This document shows, one piece after another, positions 1 to 8,985 of a stretch of DNA of 64,000 nucleotides. Numbering within the stretch: the stretch's first letter is position 1; every line of letters begins with the position of its first letter. The stretch is from positions 2,619 to 66,618 of the forward strand of contig DBHR01000105.1 of assembly GCA_002296225.1 (NCBI GenBank), given 5' to 3'. Under the pieces are notes generated by a model. That model did no database searches and was not told the origin of the DNA. It saw only the letters and a program-made list of their open reading frames with translations. This stretch comes from Acidobacteria bacterium UBA823 (lineage in GTDB: Bacteria > Acidobacteriota > Vicinamibacteria > Vicinamibacterales > UBA823). The translations under genes and the position numbers were made by a program.

Positions 1-480
1 GTCAAGCCGCGCGAGCAGACCGTACTGCGGCAACGTCGAAATCTTGAAATAAATAGAGCCGTCGCTACGATAGGTATGGCCGTTCTTCTCGAGCGCCTGG
101 ATCATCTCAGTCATCGCACGTAAATTAGCTTCGTCTGTGGCACGGGGTGTCTCTTCCACCGACTCGAGACCAAGCCTTGCCACGTCATCCTGAAACGCGG
201 AGATGTACTGGTCGGTGTACTCGCGCAAGGGTAAACCGACCTTCCGCGACTCAACGATCGTGCGGTCGTCCACATCGGTATAGTTCATCACCTGGCGAAC
301 GTCGTAGCCCTCCAAGTACTTGAGCGCGCGACGTAGCACGTCGAGACAGACGAAGGTCCGAAAATTGCCAATGTGGCCGTGCGCATAGACCGTCAGACCG
401 CAGGTGTACATCCGCACCTGCCGCCCGCGCTGCGGGGTGAACAATTCTTCGCAACGGGTGAGCGTGTTGTAGAGACGCAT
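1..480 (-). CDS. cysS: Cysteine--tRNA ligase, N-terminal part (gene runs off the left edge)
   Basis: Absent from the ORF track because it has no stop in the window. My reverse-complement translation from the ATG at 480..478 reads MRLYNTLTRCEELFTPQRGRQVRMYTCGLTVYAHGHIGNFRTFVCLDVLRRALKYLEGYDVRQVMNYTDVDDRTI... This shows the class-I HIGH signature (HGHIGN) in a typical CysS N-terminus. Confidence 0.85.
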   Translation of the reverse strand, partial: MRLYNTLTRCEELFTPQRGRQVRMYTCGLTVYAHGHIGNFRTFVCLDVLRRALKYLEGYDVRQVMNYTDVDDRTIVESRKVGLPLREYTDQYISAFQDDVARLGLESVEETPRATDEANLRAMTEMIQALEKNGHTYRSDGSIYFKISTLPQYGLLARLD

Positions 481-608
481 TAGGCTTTCGGTGAAACCGC
501 TCCGAGCCGTCGTATCTTCAGCGAGGAGTACGTTCGGCAGCCGCTGGAAGCTTGCGCGACCGGCAGCGCAGAACGGCCTGCCGGCTCGAGCATGCCGCTG
601 TTACGATC

Positions 609-1604
609 TTACAGTGAAATCCGACTAAACAGATCCCTGGCCTGCCGACAGTCGGCCTCGATCTGCGCACGCAGCGACTTGACGCTGTCGAATTGCCGCT
701 CATCCCGAAGCCGGATTACAAACGACAAACGCAACGACCGATCGTAGAGGTCACGCGACAGGTCAAAGACGTGCGTCTCGATCGCCCGTCCTCCTTCGCC
801 GAACGTCGGCCGGAGACCCACGTTGGTTACCCCGGGGTGAACGAGACCGTTGAGTGTGACCAGCGTCGCATAGACCCCGTCAGGCGGCACGAGCTCGTTA
901 TCAGAACGGATGTTAGCGGTCGGTACGCCAAGTTGGCGACCCCGACCCTCGCCGCGCACGACAGTGCCGTCAATGACGTAGTGATGACCGAGCAGGGCGC
1001 CCGCCTCATCGACACGCCCTTCAGTAATCAGACGCCGCACTCGCGTACTACTCACCACGAAATCCTTGTAACGAACCGGCTCGATCTTTTCAGTCCTAAA
1101 TCCGTGTCGTCCGCCAAGCGCGCGAAGTAGCGAGAAGTTGCCGGACCGCGCGTGGCCGAAGAGAAAGTTTGTACCTACCCACACCTCGCTCACCTGCAGC
1201 CATTCGACGAGGACGGCGACGACGAATCGCTCGGGCTCCCAGCGTGACAGCTGCTCGGTGAAACGCACAACCGCGATTCCACCAATACCAGAGGTAGACA
1301 GCGCCTCAAACTTCTGCGCCGCCGTCATCAGAAGCGCTGGTGGCTTATCGGGATGGACGACACACTGCGGATGCGGATCGAATGTCAACGCGAGCGGCAC
1401 AACACCTCGCTCGCGCGCACGGGCTTGCACGCGCTCGACGATCGCGACGTGCCCACGGTGGAGTCCATCGAAGTTGCCGAGCGCCAGCACTGGCTGCTGC
1501 CACGTCGCCGGGCGCTTGTCGTCGGGAAAGTGGATGATATGCACGGTGGCGTTGGTACGCGAGCGCAAGGACCGGCGGAGCCCGCACGCCCGGCGAGGAC
1601 TCAC
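609..1604 (-). CDS. ribF: Bifunctional riboflavin kinase / FMN adenylyltransferase
   Basis: The 331-aa ORF has the FAD-synthetase N-domain motif LALGNFDGLHRGHVAIVERV. The C-terminal riboflavin-kinase part reads GRQLGVPTANI...GVYA...RPTFG...ETHVFD. It overlaps the upstream gene by 4 nt. The Arg-rich first ~25 aa may be over-called. Confidence 0.9.
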   Translation of the reverse strand: MSPRRACGLRRSLRSRTNATVHIIHFPDDKRPATWQQPVLALGNFDGLHRGHVAIVERVQARARERGVVPLALTFDPHPQCVVHPDKPPALLMTAAQKFEALSTSGIGGIAVVRFTEQLSRWEPERFVVAVLVEWLQVSEVWVGTNFLFGHARSGNFSLLRALGGRHGFRTEKIEPVRYKDFVVSSTRVRRLITEGRVDEAGALLGHHYVIDGTVVRGEGRGRQLGVPTANIRSDNELVPPDGVYATLVTLNGLVHPGVTNVGLRPTFGEGGRAIETHVFDLSRDLYDRSLRLSFVIRLRDERQFDSVKSLRAQIEADCRQARDLFSRISL

Positions 1605-2371
1605 TCCGGCAAATCCAACCTTAATCCATCATACGCCAGCTGCATGTGCGCCGGCAGGCTCGTGCAGGTGGCCGCGTGAGGTAGGTCGTGGCACATGTGA
1701 GTGAAGTAGACGCGCGACGACCCAATCCGTCCCGCCGTCGCCACCGCTTCATCGAGCGAGAAATGGGTCGTATGTGGCCGCAGCCGAAGCGCATCGATGA
1801 CCAATAGGTCGACCCCGTCGAGTAGTGCCCACGACGCGTCGGGGATCGCGTTGCAGTCGGTCAGATAGGCAAAAGCTCCCACGCGAAAGCCCAAGATCGA
1901 CCGCTTGCCATGCAACAGCGGCACAGGCACAAACGTCGCGTGCCCGAGGCAGAACGGGCCACCAATCGTGAACGTCGCAAGCTGGGGCAGGCCGCCGCCA
2001 ACCTCAAGAGTCGGCTCGAAGACGTAGGCGAACATCCGCCGCACATCCGCCATCGTCCTCGCGTCACCGTAACAGGGAATCGTTGCACGCTGCAGATAAT
2101 TGTAGCGACGCACTTCGTCGAGCCCAAGTACGTGATCGGCATGGCTGTGCGTGAACAGAATCGCATCAACGCGGCCAACGCCGAAGCGCAGCGCCTGCGC
2201 CCGCAGATCAGTCGTGGTATCGATGAGAACGGACATGCCGTCGTCCAACTCGATATAGATGGACGGACGCCAGCGCTGATCACGCGGGTCGTCGGACCGG
2301 CATGTGGTGCAGTCACACCCGATCGCTGGCACGCCAGACGACGTGCCCGTGCCGAGAAAAGTAATGCGCAC
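1601..2371 (-). CDS. MBL-fold metallo-hydrolase (PhnP-like)
   Basis: N-terminus MRITFLGTGTSSGVPAIGCDCTTC and the HSHADH metal-binding motif match PhnP-type beta-lactamase-fold phosphodiesterases. No phn genes are nearby, so the substrate is unknown. Confidence 0.75.
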   Translation of the reverse strand: MRITFLGTGTSSGVPAIGCDCTTCRSDDPRDQRWRPSIYIELDDGMSVLIDTTTDLRAQALRFGVGRVDAILFTHSHADHVLGLDEVRRYNYLQRATIPCYGDARTMADVRRMFAYVFEPTLEVGGGLPQLATFTIGGPFCLGHATFVPVPLLHGKRSILGFRVGAFAYLTDCNAIPDASWALLDGVDLLVIDALRLRPHTTHFSLDEAVATAGRIGSSRVYFTHMCHDLPHAATCTSLPAHMQLAYDGLRLDLPE

Positions 2372-2392
2372 GGTGGATGCCGTTAAAAGGTG

Positions 2393-2683
2393 TCAGGCGG
2401 TCGGCTTGGCACCGGAAGCAACATCCTGCATAACCTCCAGCAACCTTGCCCGCAACACGCGGAGCGTTTCGGTGAGAAACTGCACCTCGGACCCGTCAAG
2501 ATTGCCATGGGTCTTCTTCTCCAGTAACACGAGTAAATCGACCATCTGCGCTGCTGCACCTGGATTCGGCGAGGCCTTCGCACCAGTGACCGGATCGGCC
2601 ACGTCGCCGAGGTGTGCAGCGGCCGAGGCAGCAAGCGATTTCACGAACATGTCGAACGAGACGTTGCCCGGCTGTGCGTACAC
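2393..2683 (-). CDS. DUF1844-like small protein
   Basis: The 96-aa ORF contains FVKSLAASAAAHLG...DLLVLLEKKTHGNL...LRARL, the pattern I associate with DUF1844. It uses a GTG start at 2683. Confidence 0.55.
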   Translation of the reverse strand: MYAQPGNVSFDMFVKSLAASAAAHLGDVADPVTGAKASPNPGAAAQMVDLLVLLEKKTHGNLDGSEVQFLTETLRVLRARLLEVMQDVASGAKPTA

Positions 2684-2736
2684 CCACTGATGCTAGCATA
2701 GACTGTCGAGAGCGAACGGCGACCGGGTAGCCAAAC

Positions 2737-3579
2737 ATGAGCGACTCCAACGAACCGAGCACGCCGGCGTTAGAACAGACAACCGGCACACGGTTCGAGC
2801 GACTCATTCAGATCATGCGCACCCTCCGCTCCTCCAAAGGGTGTCCGTGGGATCGCGCGCAGACGCTGGCGTCGCTCAGGCCGTTCGTCCTCGAAGAGAC
2901 CTACGAGGTACTCGATGCCCTCGACCGGGGAGACCTCACAGACCTCCAGGCCGAACTCGGTGACCTTCTCTTCCAAGTGGTGTTCCTCTGTCAAGTCGCG
3001 GCAGAATCCGGGACCTTCACCGTCGATGACGCGATTGAAGCGATTACCAACAAGCTAGTGCGTCGCCATCCGCACGTCTTCGGCCCACACGGCGGAACAC
3101 CGGTGACCCGACTCTCCACCTCGAGTGAGGTGCGTGAACAGTGGGAGGACCTGAAGGCCGAAGAGCGCGCCGAGGCGGGACGCCCAGAAAATTTGCTGGG
3201 GGGGGTGCCTGCGACGCTGCCATCGCTCCTGCGCGCGTTCGAGATTGGATCGCGCGTCGCCTCGATTGGATTCGACTGGAAGACCAGCGCCAACGTTGTG
3301 GACAAGATTGAAGAGGAAGTCGAGGAACTCCGACAGGCGGTCAATGCGGACACGACCGAGCGCTGCGAAGAAGAGATGGGTGACCTCCTCTTCTCCATCG
3401 CCAATCTCTCACGCAAGCTCGGCATCGAACCGGAAGGCGCACTGCGCCGCGCCAACCAAAAGTTTTGCGATCGGTTCGAACGGCTGGTAAAGCGGCTTCG
3501 GGCCGTCGGCAGGTCGCTGCAAGACGCGAGCTTCGAAGAAATGGAGGCGGCGTGGCAGACAGCGAAGAAGGAGTCTTAA
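2737..3579 (+). CDS. mazG: Nucleoside triphosphate pyrophosphohydrolase MazG
   Basis: 280 aa with two MazG repeats: CPWDRAQTLASLRPFVLEETYEVLDAL...ELGDLLFQVVF, then a second EEMGDLLFSIANLSRKLGIEPE. Confidence 0.9.
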   Translation: MSDSNEPSTPALEQTTGTRFERLIQIMRTLRSSKGCPWDRAQTLASLRPFVLEETYEVLDALDRGDLTDLQAELGDLLFQVVFLCQVAAESGTFTVDDAIEAITNKLVRRHPHVFGPHGGTPVTRLSTSSEVREQWEDLKAEERAEAGRPENLLGGVPATLPSLLRAFEIGSRVASIGFDWKTSANVVDKIEEEVEELRQAVNADTTERCEEEMGDLLFSIANLSRKLGIEPEGALRRANQKFCDRFERLVKRLRAVGRSLQDASFEEMEAAWQTAKKES

Positions 3580-3614
3580 AGCTAGCAAGTATCCCGTTGA
3601 CACCCCAAGGAAGG

Positions 3615-4460
3615 CTAGAACGGCAAGGCGTTTGGCTCGCCGCGGGGCCTGGCTGCTGGCCAGACCATAAACCCAGCCACCTCAGGATTTGCACGGAAGT
3701 TGGTAATTAAGGGCCGCCCGCCACCGTCCGTGAGCCATTCGAACAAGGAGACTGCGCCGGCCCGTTTGACTGCATCCGGATCGGATGTAGTCGTGATGAC
3801 CGCATACGTGTTTAAAAGGTTCGACCCGCCTTGGAAGACGGGTCGCAAATGCAGGATATCGTTCATCCGCGCGAACGTCGCAGCGTCCGTAAGGGTGTAC
3901 GCCTCAATCTCGCTCGCTATGCGCAAGGTTCGCGACATACCGTGGCCGGTAATGACAACGTCCTCAGCAGACAGTGACACTTCGGCCAGTTTAAAGAGCT
4001 GCTGTTCACGTGTGTGTGTGCCGGATTCATCACCTCGCGAGACAAAGCGAGCGCCGTCTTTGACGATACGTTGGATCGCCACTTCGATCGACGGCGCGGA
4101 CAGGACGCCTGCTGGATCGCCAAGCGGTCCGACCAGTAGGAAATCGTTGTACATCAGTTTTCGGTACAACCACCCTGGATGCGCCCTGAGAAACCTGGCC
4201 TCCATCTCTGGAGCGTGGCTAATCGCAACGTCGACCTGCCCACGCTCCAACATCTGAAGCGCAAGGCCGCTACCGACGAGATGGCCGCGTACTCTGACAC
4301 CAGACAACTGCTCAAAGGCTGGTTGCAGCACTTCAAGTAGCCCACTGTTACCTACACTACTGGTCGTGGCGAGGATAACGACCGGTCTAACGTCCTGCCT
4401 TGAGCAAGCTGCGCTGACGAGTATCAGCCCACAAGCCAACCAAAAGATGGTCGGTTTCAT
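3615..4460 (-). CDS. Periplasmic substrate-binding lipoprotein, TupA-like (tungstate/oxyanion-binding family)
   Basis: The motif ILATTSSVGNSGLLEVL resembles the TupA anion-binding TTTS..SGLL motif. The start is trimmed to the ATG at 4460, giving MKPTIFWLACGLILVSAAC with a lipobox. The ORF track starts at 4478. Confidence 0.65.
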   Translation of the reverse strand: MKPTIFWLACGLILVSAACSRQDVRPVVILATTSSVGNSGLLEVLQPAFEQLSGVRVRGHLVGSGLALQMLERGQVDVAISHAPEMEARFLRAHPGWLYRKLMYNDFLLVGPLGDPAGVLSAPSIEVAIQRIVKDGARFVSRGDESGTHTREQQLFKLAEVSLSAEDVVITGHGMSRTLRIASEIEAYTLTDAATFARMNDILHLRPVFQGGSNLLNTYAVITTTSDPDAVKRAGAVSLFEWLTDGGGRPLITNFRANPEVAGFMVWPAARPRGEPNALPF

Positions 4461-4517
4461 TGAAGTGCACGGTCGCAAGCGTGGCCTCAGGGTCTTAGAG
4501 CGGCGGCGTCGATTCGG

Positions 4518-7500
4518 CTAGGCCTCATCGGTCACGATTCCCGCGTGATAGTCCTGTAGCGGCCGCACACCGAGCGCTTCGGACCGCAACGCCCGGATGG
4601 CATTCACAGTAGCGACGGCACCGGTCAGGGTGGTGATGCACGGCACGGAGTGCAGCATCGCCACCCGTCGCACGATCCGGTCGTCAAAAAATGACTCCCG
4701 GCCGAGCGGCGTATTGATGATGAGGTCAATCTGGCCGTCGAGCACACGGTCGGCGATATGTGGCCGCCCTTCGTTCACCTTGAACACAACCTCGACGTCG
4801 AGACCATGCGCGCGCAGATAGGCCGCCGTGCCACGCGACGCAACGATCACGAATCCGAGGGCCGCCAAATCCGAGGCAATCTGCCCCACATTAGCCTTAT
4901 CGTCATCGTTCACGCTAATAAATGCCGTGCCCTTGTCAGGGAGGTGGTGGCCAGCAGCCAACTGGGCTTTGGCAAATGCGGCCCCAAACGTCTCCGCACC
5001 GCCCATAACTTCACCGGTTGACTTCATCTCTGGTCCCAGCAAAGTATCGACGCCAGGAAACCGCACGAACGGAAACACGGGAGTCTTGACGAACACGCCG
5101 ACCACATTGAGGTCGTCCACGAGTTCGACCTCGGCGAGGCTCGCCCCTGCCGCAACCCTAGCCGCCACCTTCGCGAGCGGCACACCAGTTGCCTTTGACA
5201 GGTACGGTACCGTACGGGACGCACGAGGATTCACTTCCAGTACGTATACCGTGTCGTCCTTGACAGCGAACTGAATATTCATGAGACCGACAACATTTAA
5301 TGCTCGCGCGATACGGCGCGTGTAATCCCGAATGACCGCGAGGTGTCGCTCTGGGACGAGATACGGCGGCACGACGCACGAACTGTCACCTGAGTGAATG
5401 CCCGCCTCCTCAATGTGCTCCATGATGCCGCCGATGACGACCGCGCCCGTCGCGTCGGCAACTGCGTCAACATCGAGCTCGAAGGCGTCTTCCAGAAACT
5501 GATCGATGAGAACCGGCCGCTCTGGGGACGCGTCCACCGCCTCGGTGATATAGCGATCGAGCGCCGACAGGTCGTAGACAATCGCCATCGCCCGCCCGCC
5601 AAGCACGTAGGACGGCCTGACGACGACCGGAAACCCGATTGAGGACGCCACCGCGCGCGCTTCCTCGCGCGACCTGGCAATGCCACTGGGAGCCTGGGAT
5701 ACACCGAGGTCCCAAAGTAGACGCGCAAAACGCTCGCGGTCTTCCGCTAGGTCAATCGAATCCGGAGAAGTCCCAAGAATCTTAACGCCCGCGGCTTGAA
5801 GCGGCAGCGCCAGTTTCAGCGGTGTCTGCCCTCCGAACTGCACTAGACACGCCACATCACCGCCGGCAGACTTCTCTCGCTCGATGATCGCCACGACGTC
5901 CTCGAACGTAAGCGGCTCGAAATAGAGCCGGTCGACCGAATCATAGTCGGTGGACACCGTCTCTGGATTGCAGTTGACCATGATGGTCTCATAGCCCTGC
6001 TTCCGAAGCGCGAATGCGGCGTGACAGCAGCAATAGTCGAACTCGAGCCCCTGCCCAATCCGGTTTGGTCCGCTGCCTAAAATGACGACTTTTGGCCGGT
6101 CGGTCGGGTCAGCCTCACACTCGCGCTCGTAGGTGCCATATTGATACGGGGTGAACGATTCAAATTCCGCCGCGCACGTGTCGATTCGCTTGTAGACAGG
6201 CCGCAACCCAGCATCCCGCCGCCGATCGAACACCGCCGAGACATCGGCGCCGGTAATTGCGGCGATGTCAGTGTCGCCGAAACCTGAGCGTTTGAGCGTC
6301 GTTAGCAGTTCCACGGACATGTCCCGCAAGCCCACTAGTCCAGCTGCGCGCTTAAGCTCGACGATCTCCGCAAACTGCCAGAGAAACCACCGATCGATCT
6401 TTGTTAGGTCGTGCACCTTATCGATCTGCCAGCCCCGCTCCAAAGCACGGAAGACGGCCCACAGCCGGCGGTCAGTAGGCACAGCCAACTCTCGCTGAAG
6501 TGTTGCATCGTCCTCTGACTGTCCTTCCGGCTGAGCAAACAATTGACCTGACGTTCCGTTCTCAAGTGACCGGCACCCTTTGAGAAACGCTTCCTTGAAG
6601 GTGCGGCCGATAGCCATGACTTCGCCGACCGACTTCATCTGCGTCGTCAACGTCCGGTCGGCCTGGGGGAATTTCTCGAACGCCCAGCGGGGAATCTTTA
6701 CGACTACATAGTCGATGGCTGGCTCAAACGACGCTGGCGTTAGTCGAGTAATGTCATTGGGAATTTCATCCAACCGGTATCCCAGCGCGAGTTTCGCAGC
6801 GATTTTCGCAATCGGAAACCCAGTAGCTTTCGACGCGAGCGCAGATGACCGGGAGACGCGCGGATTCATCTCGATAGCCACGACGCGCCCGTCTTCGGGG
6901 TGTATAGCGAACTGAATATTCGAACCGCCCGTCTCAACGCCCACACGACGGATGATCCGCCGGGCGATATTACGGAGCCGCTGATACTCCTTGTCGGTTA
7001 GCGTCAATGCCGGAGCAACGGTAATACTGTCGCCGGTGTGCACGCCCATCGGATCGACGTTCTCAATCGAGCAAATGACGACGAAATTGTCGGCCGCGTC
7101 GCGCATAACCTCAAGCTCGAACTCCTTCCAGCCGAGTACCGATTCTTCGAGCAGGATTTCGCTGACGGGGCTGAAACCAAGCCCCCGCTCTGCCATCTCC
7201 CGAAACTCGGACACGTTATAGGCAATGCCGCCGCCGACTCCGCCGAGCGTAAACGACGGCCGGATGATCACGGGAAATCCGAGCGTCTCGACCGAAGCCA
7301 TCGCTTCATCTAGGGATTTGGCGTACTCGCTCGCTGGGACGGCGACGTCAATGGATCGCATGGCCTCGCGGAACTGGAGCCGGTCTTCAGCCACCTTGAT
7401 CGCCTCGACCGATGCACCGATCAACTCAACGCCGTTCGATTCCAGCACGCCGCTTTCACTAAGAACCACAGCGAGGTTGAGCGCCGTCTGCCCACCGACG

Positions 7501-7766
7501 GTCGGCAGAAGGGCATCGGGACGCTCGCGCTCGATGACCTGCGTAACGAACTCCGGTGTGAGCGGCTCGATGAAGGTTCGATCGGCAACCTCGGGGTCAG
7601 TCATGATCGTCGCCGGATTACTGTTTACAAGCACGACCTGGAGTCCTTCCGAACGCAGCGCCTTGCACGCTTGCGTGCCAGAATAGTCGAACTCGCACGC
7701 CTGTCCGATGACGATTGGACCCGAACCGATTACGAGGATACGTTTCAAGTCGGTGCGCTTGGGCAT
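4518..7766 (-). CDS. carB: Carbamoyl-phosphate synthase large subunit
   Basis: The ~1080-aa ORF has a duplicated ATP-grasp architecture and begins [30 protein letters not shown], with an MGS-like C-terminal domain. The start is trimmed to the ATG at 7766 (track start 7799). Confidence 0.97.
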   Translation of the reverse strand: MPKRTDLKRILVIGSGPIVIGQACEFDYSGTQACKALRSEGLQVVLVNSNPATIMTDPEVADRTFIEPLTPEFVTQVIERERPDALLPTVGGQTALNLAVVLSESGVLESNGVELIGASVEAIKVAEDRLQFREAMRSIDVAVPASEYAKSLDEAMASVETLGFPVIIRPSFTLGGVGGGIAYNVSEFREMAERGLGFSPVSEILLEESVLGWKEFELEVMRDAADNFVVICSIENVDPMGVHTGDSITVAPALTLTDKEYQRLRNIARRIIRRVGVETGGSNIQFAIHPEDGRVVAIEMNPRVSRSSALASKATGFPIAKIAAKLALGYRLDEIPNDITRLTPASFEPAIDYVVVKIPRWAFEKFPQADRTLTTQMKSVGEVMAIGRTFKEAFLKGCRSLENGTSGQLFAQPEGQSEDDATLQRELAVPTDRRLWAVFRALERGWQIDKVHDLTKIDRWFLWQFAEIVELKRAAGLVGLRDMSVELLTTLKRSGFGDTDIAAITGADVSAVFDRRRDAGLRPVYKRIDTCAAEFESFTPYQYGTYERECEADPTDRPKVVILGSGPNRIGQGLEFDYCCCHAAFALRKQGYETIMVNCNPETVSTDYDSVDRLYFEPLTFEDVVAIIEREKSAGGDVACLVQFGGQTPLKLALPLQAAGVKILGTSPDSIDLAEDRERFARLLWDLGVSQAPSGIARSREEARAVASSIGFPVVVRPSYVLGGRAMAIVYDLSALDRYITEAVDASPERPVLIDQFLEDAFELDVDAVADATGAVVIGGIMEHIEEAGIHSGDSSCVVPPYLVPERHLAVIRDYTRRIARALNVVGLMNIQFAVKDDTVYVLEVNPRASRTVPYLSKATGVPLAKVAARVAAGASLAEVELVDDLNVVGVFVKTPVFPFVRFPGVDTLLGPEMKSTGEVMGGAETFGAAFAKAQLAAGHHLPDKGTAFISVNDDDKANVGQIASDLAALGFVIVASRGTAAYLRAHGLDVEVVFKVNEGRPHIADRVLDGQIDLIINTPLGRESFFDDRIVRRVAMLHSVPCITTLTGAVATVNAIRALRSEALGVRPLQDYHAGIVTDEA

Positions 7767-7839
7767 CACAGAAGTTCGACGTTGAGTCGCACAGGCCAAC
7801 GTTCAGAAATCGTCGCACCAAGCCGAAAGCGCGTTGCCA

Positions 7840-8985
7840 TCAGCGATGCTCCTCGATTAAATCGAGAAATAATCCGAAGAGATAATCAGCGTCGTGAGGG
7901 CCTGGCGACGCCTCGGGATGATATTGCACGGCGAATGCCGGACGCGACGTGTGACGCAAGCCTTCGACCGTACCATCGTACAAATTAAGATGAGTCACCG
8001 TCACATCGTTCGGCAGCGAATCGGGATCGATTGCAAAACCGTGATTCTGCGACGTGATCTCGATTTTGTCCGTCGCCAAATGCTTCACAGGGTGGTTAGC
8101 GCCTCGGTGTCCGAACTTCAACTTATAGGTCTTGCCGCCAAGCGCGAGGCCCAGTAGCTGGTGGCCGAGGCAAATGCCAAAAGTCGGCACCTCAGCCACC
8201 ACGAGCGCCTTCACGTTCTTCACGGCATAGTCGAGCGAAGCGGGGTCACCCGGACCGTTGCTCAAAAACACGCCATCGGGATCGGTCGCCAATAACTCAC
8301 TAGCCGGCGTGCTGGCCGGAAAAACTCGTACCTCACAGCCGTACGCTCCAAGCCGGCGTAAGATGTTCCACTTCATACCAAAGTCATAGGCCGCGATGCG
8401 CAAGGGCAGGCCGGCACGCCGCTGCGGTGGCAGACCAAACTCCTCGGCAGATGCCGCACCTGGCTCGGCAGGATCCGGCGGCCAGTCGAACGCTGTCGAG
8501 CAAGTCACGCGCGTCACCAAGTCCGCACCCTCCATCGGTGGGACTGCACGCGCACGAGCAATCGCCTGCTCAGGATCGACGTTAACTGCGGAGATGACAC
8601 CACGCATCACTCCCTTCGATCTGAGCGTGCGCGTGAGCGCACGCGTATCGATGTCGGCGATCGCAACAATCTCGTGGGTCGATAAGTAGTCACCCAGCGT
8701 GCCAGACGCGCGCCAGTTGCTAGCGATGGGCGAAGCGTTGCGGACAATGAAGCCGGCAACCTGCGGCGCACGTGACTCGACGTCACCGTCGGTCACGCCG
8801 TAGTTCCCGATCTCCGGACAGGTCATCGTGACAATCTGACCCGCGTACGACGGATCGGTGAGCACCTCTTGATAGCCGGTCATGCTTGTGTTGAACACAA
8901 CCTCACCACCGGTGTCACCCCGCGCACCGACCGAAATGCCTTCAAACCACGACCCATCCTCTAGCGCGAGAATCGCCTTCGTCAT
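7840..8985 (-). CDS. carA: Carbamoyl-phosphate synthase small (glutaminase) subunit
   Basis: Contains the typical [16 protein letters not shown]...[10 protein letters not shown] stretch and the glutamine amidotransferase triad region GICLGHQLL. The start at 8985 gives an ATGA overlap with the upstream kinase-like gene. The track start at 9054 adds an atypical 23 aa. Confidence 0.95.
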   Translation of the reverse strand: MTKAILALEDGSWFEGISVGARGDTGGEVVFNTSMTGYQEVLTDPSYAGQIVTMTCPEIGNYGVTDGDVESRAPQVAGFIVRNASPIASNWRASGTLGDYLSTHEIVAIADIDTRALTRTLRSKGVMRGVISAVNVDPEQAIARARAVPPMEGADLVTRVTCSTAFDWPPDPAEPGAASAEEFGLPPQRRAGLPLRIAAYDFGMKWNILRRLGAYGCEVRVFPASTPASELLATDPDGVFLSNGPGDPASLDYAVKNVKALVVAEVPTFGICLGHQLLGLALGGKTYKLKFGHRGANHPVKHLATDKIEITSQNHGFAIDPDSLPNDVTVTHLNLYDGTVEGLRHTSRPAFAVQYHPEASPGPHDADYLFGLFLDLIEEHR

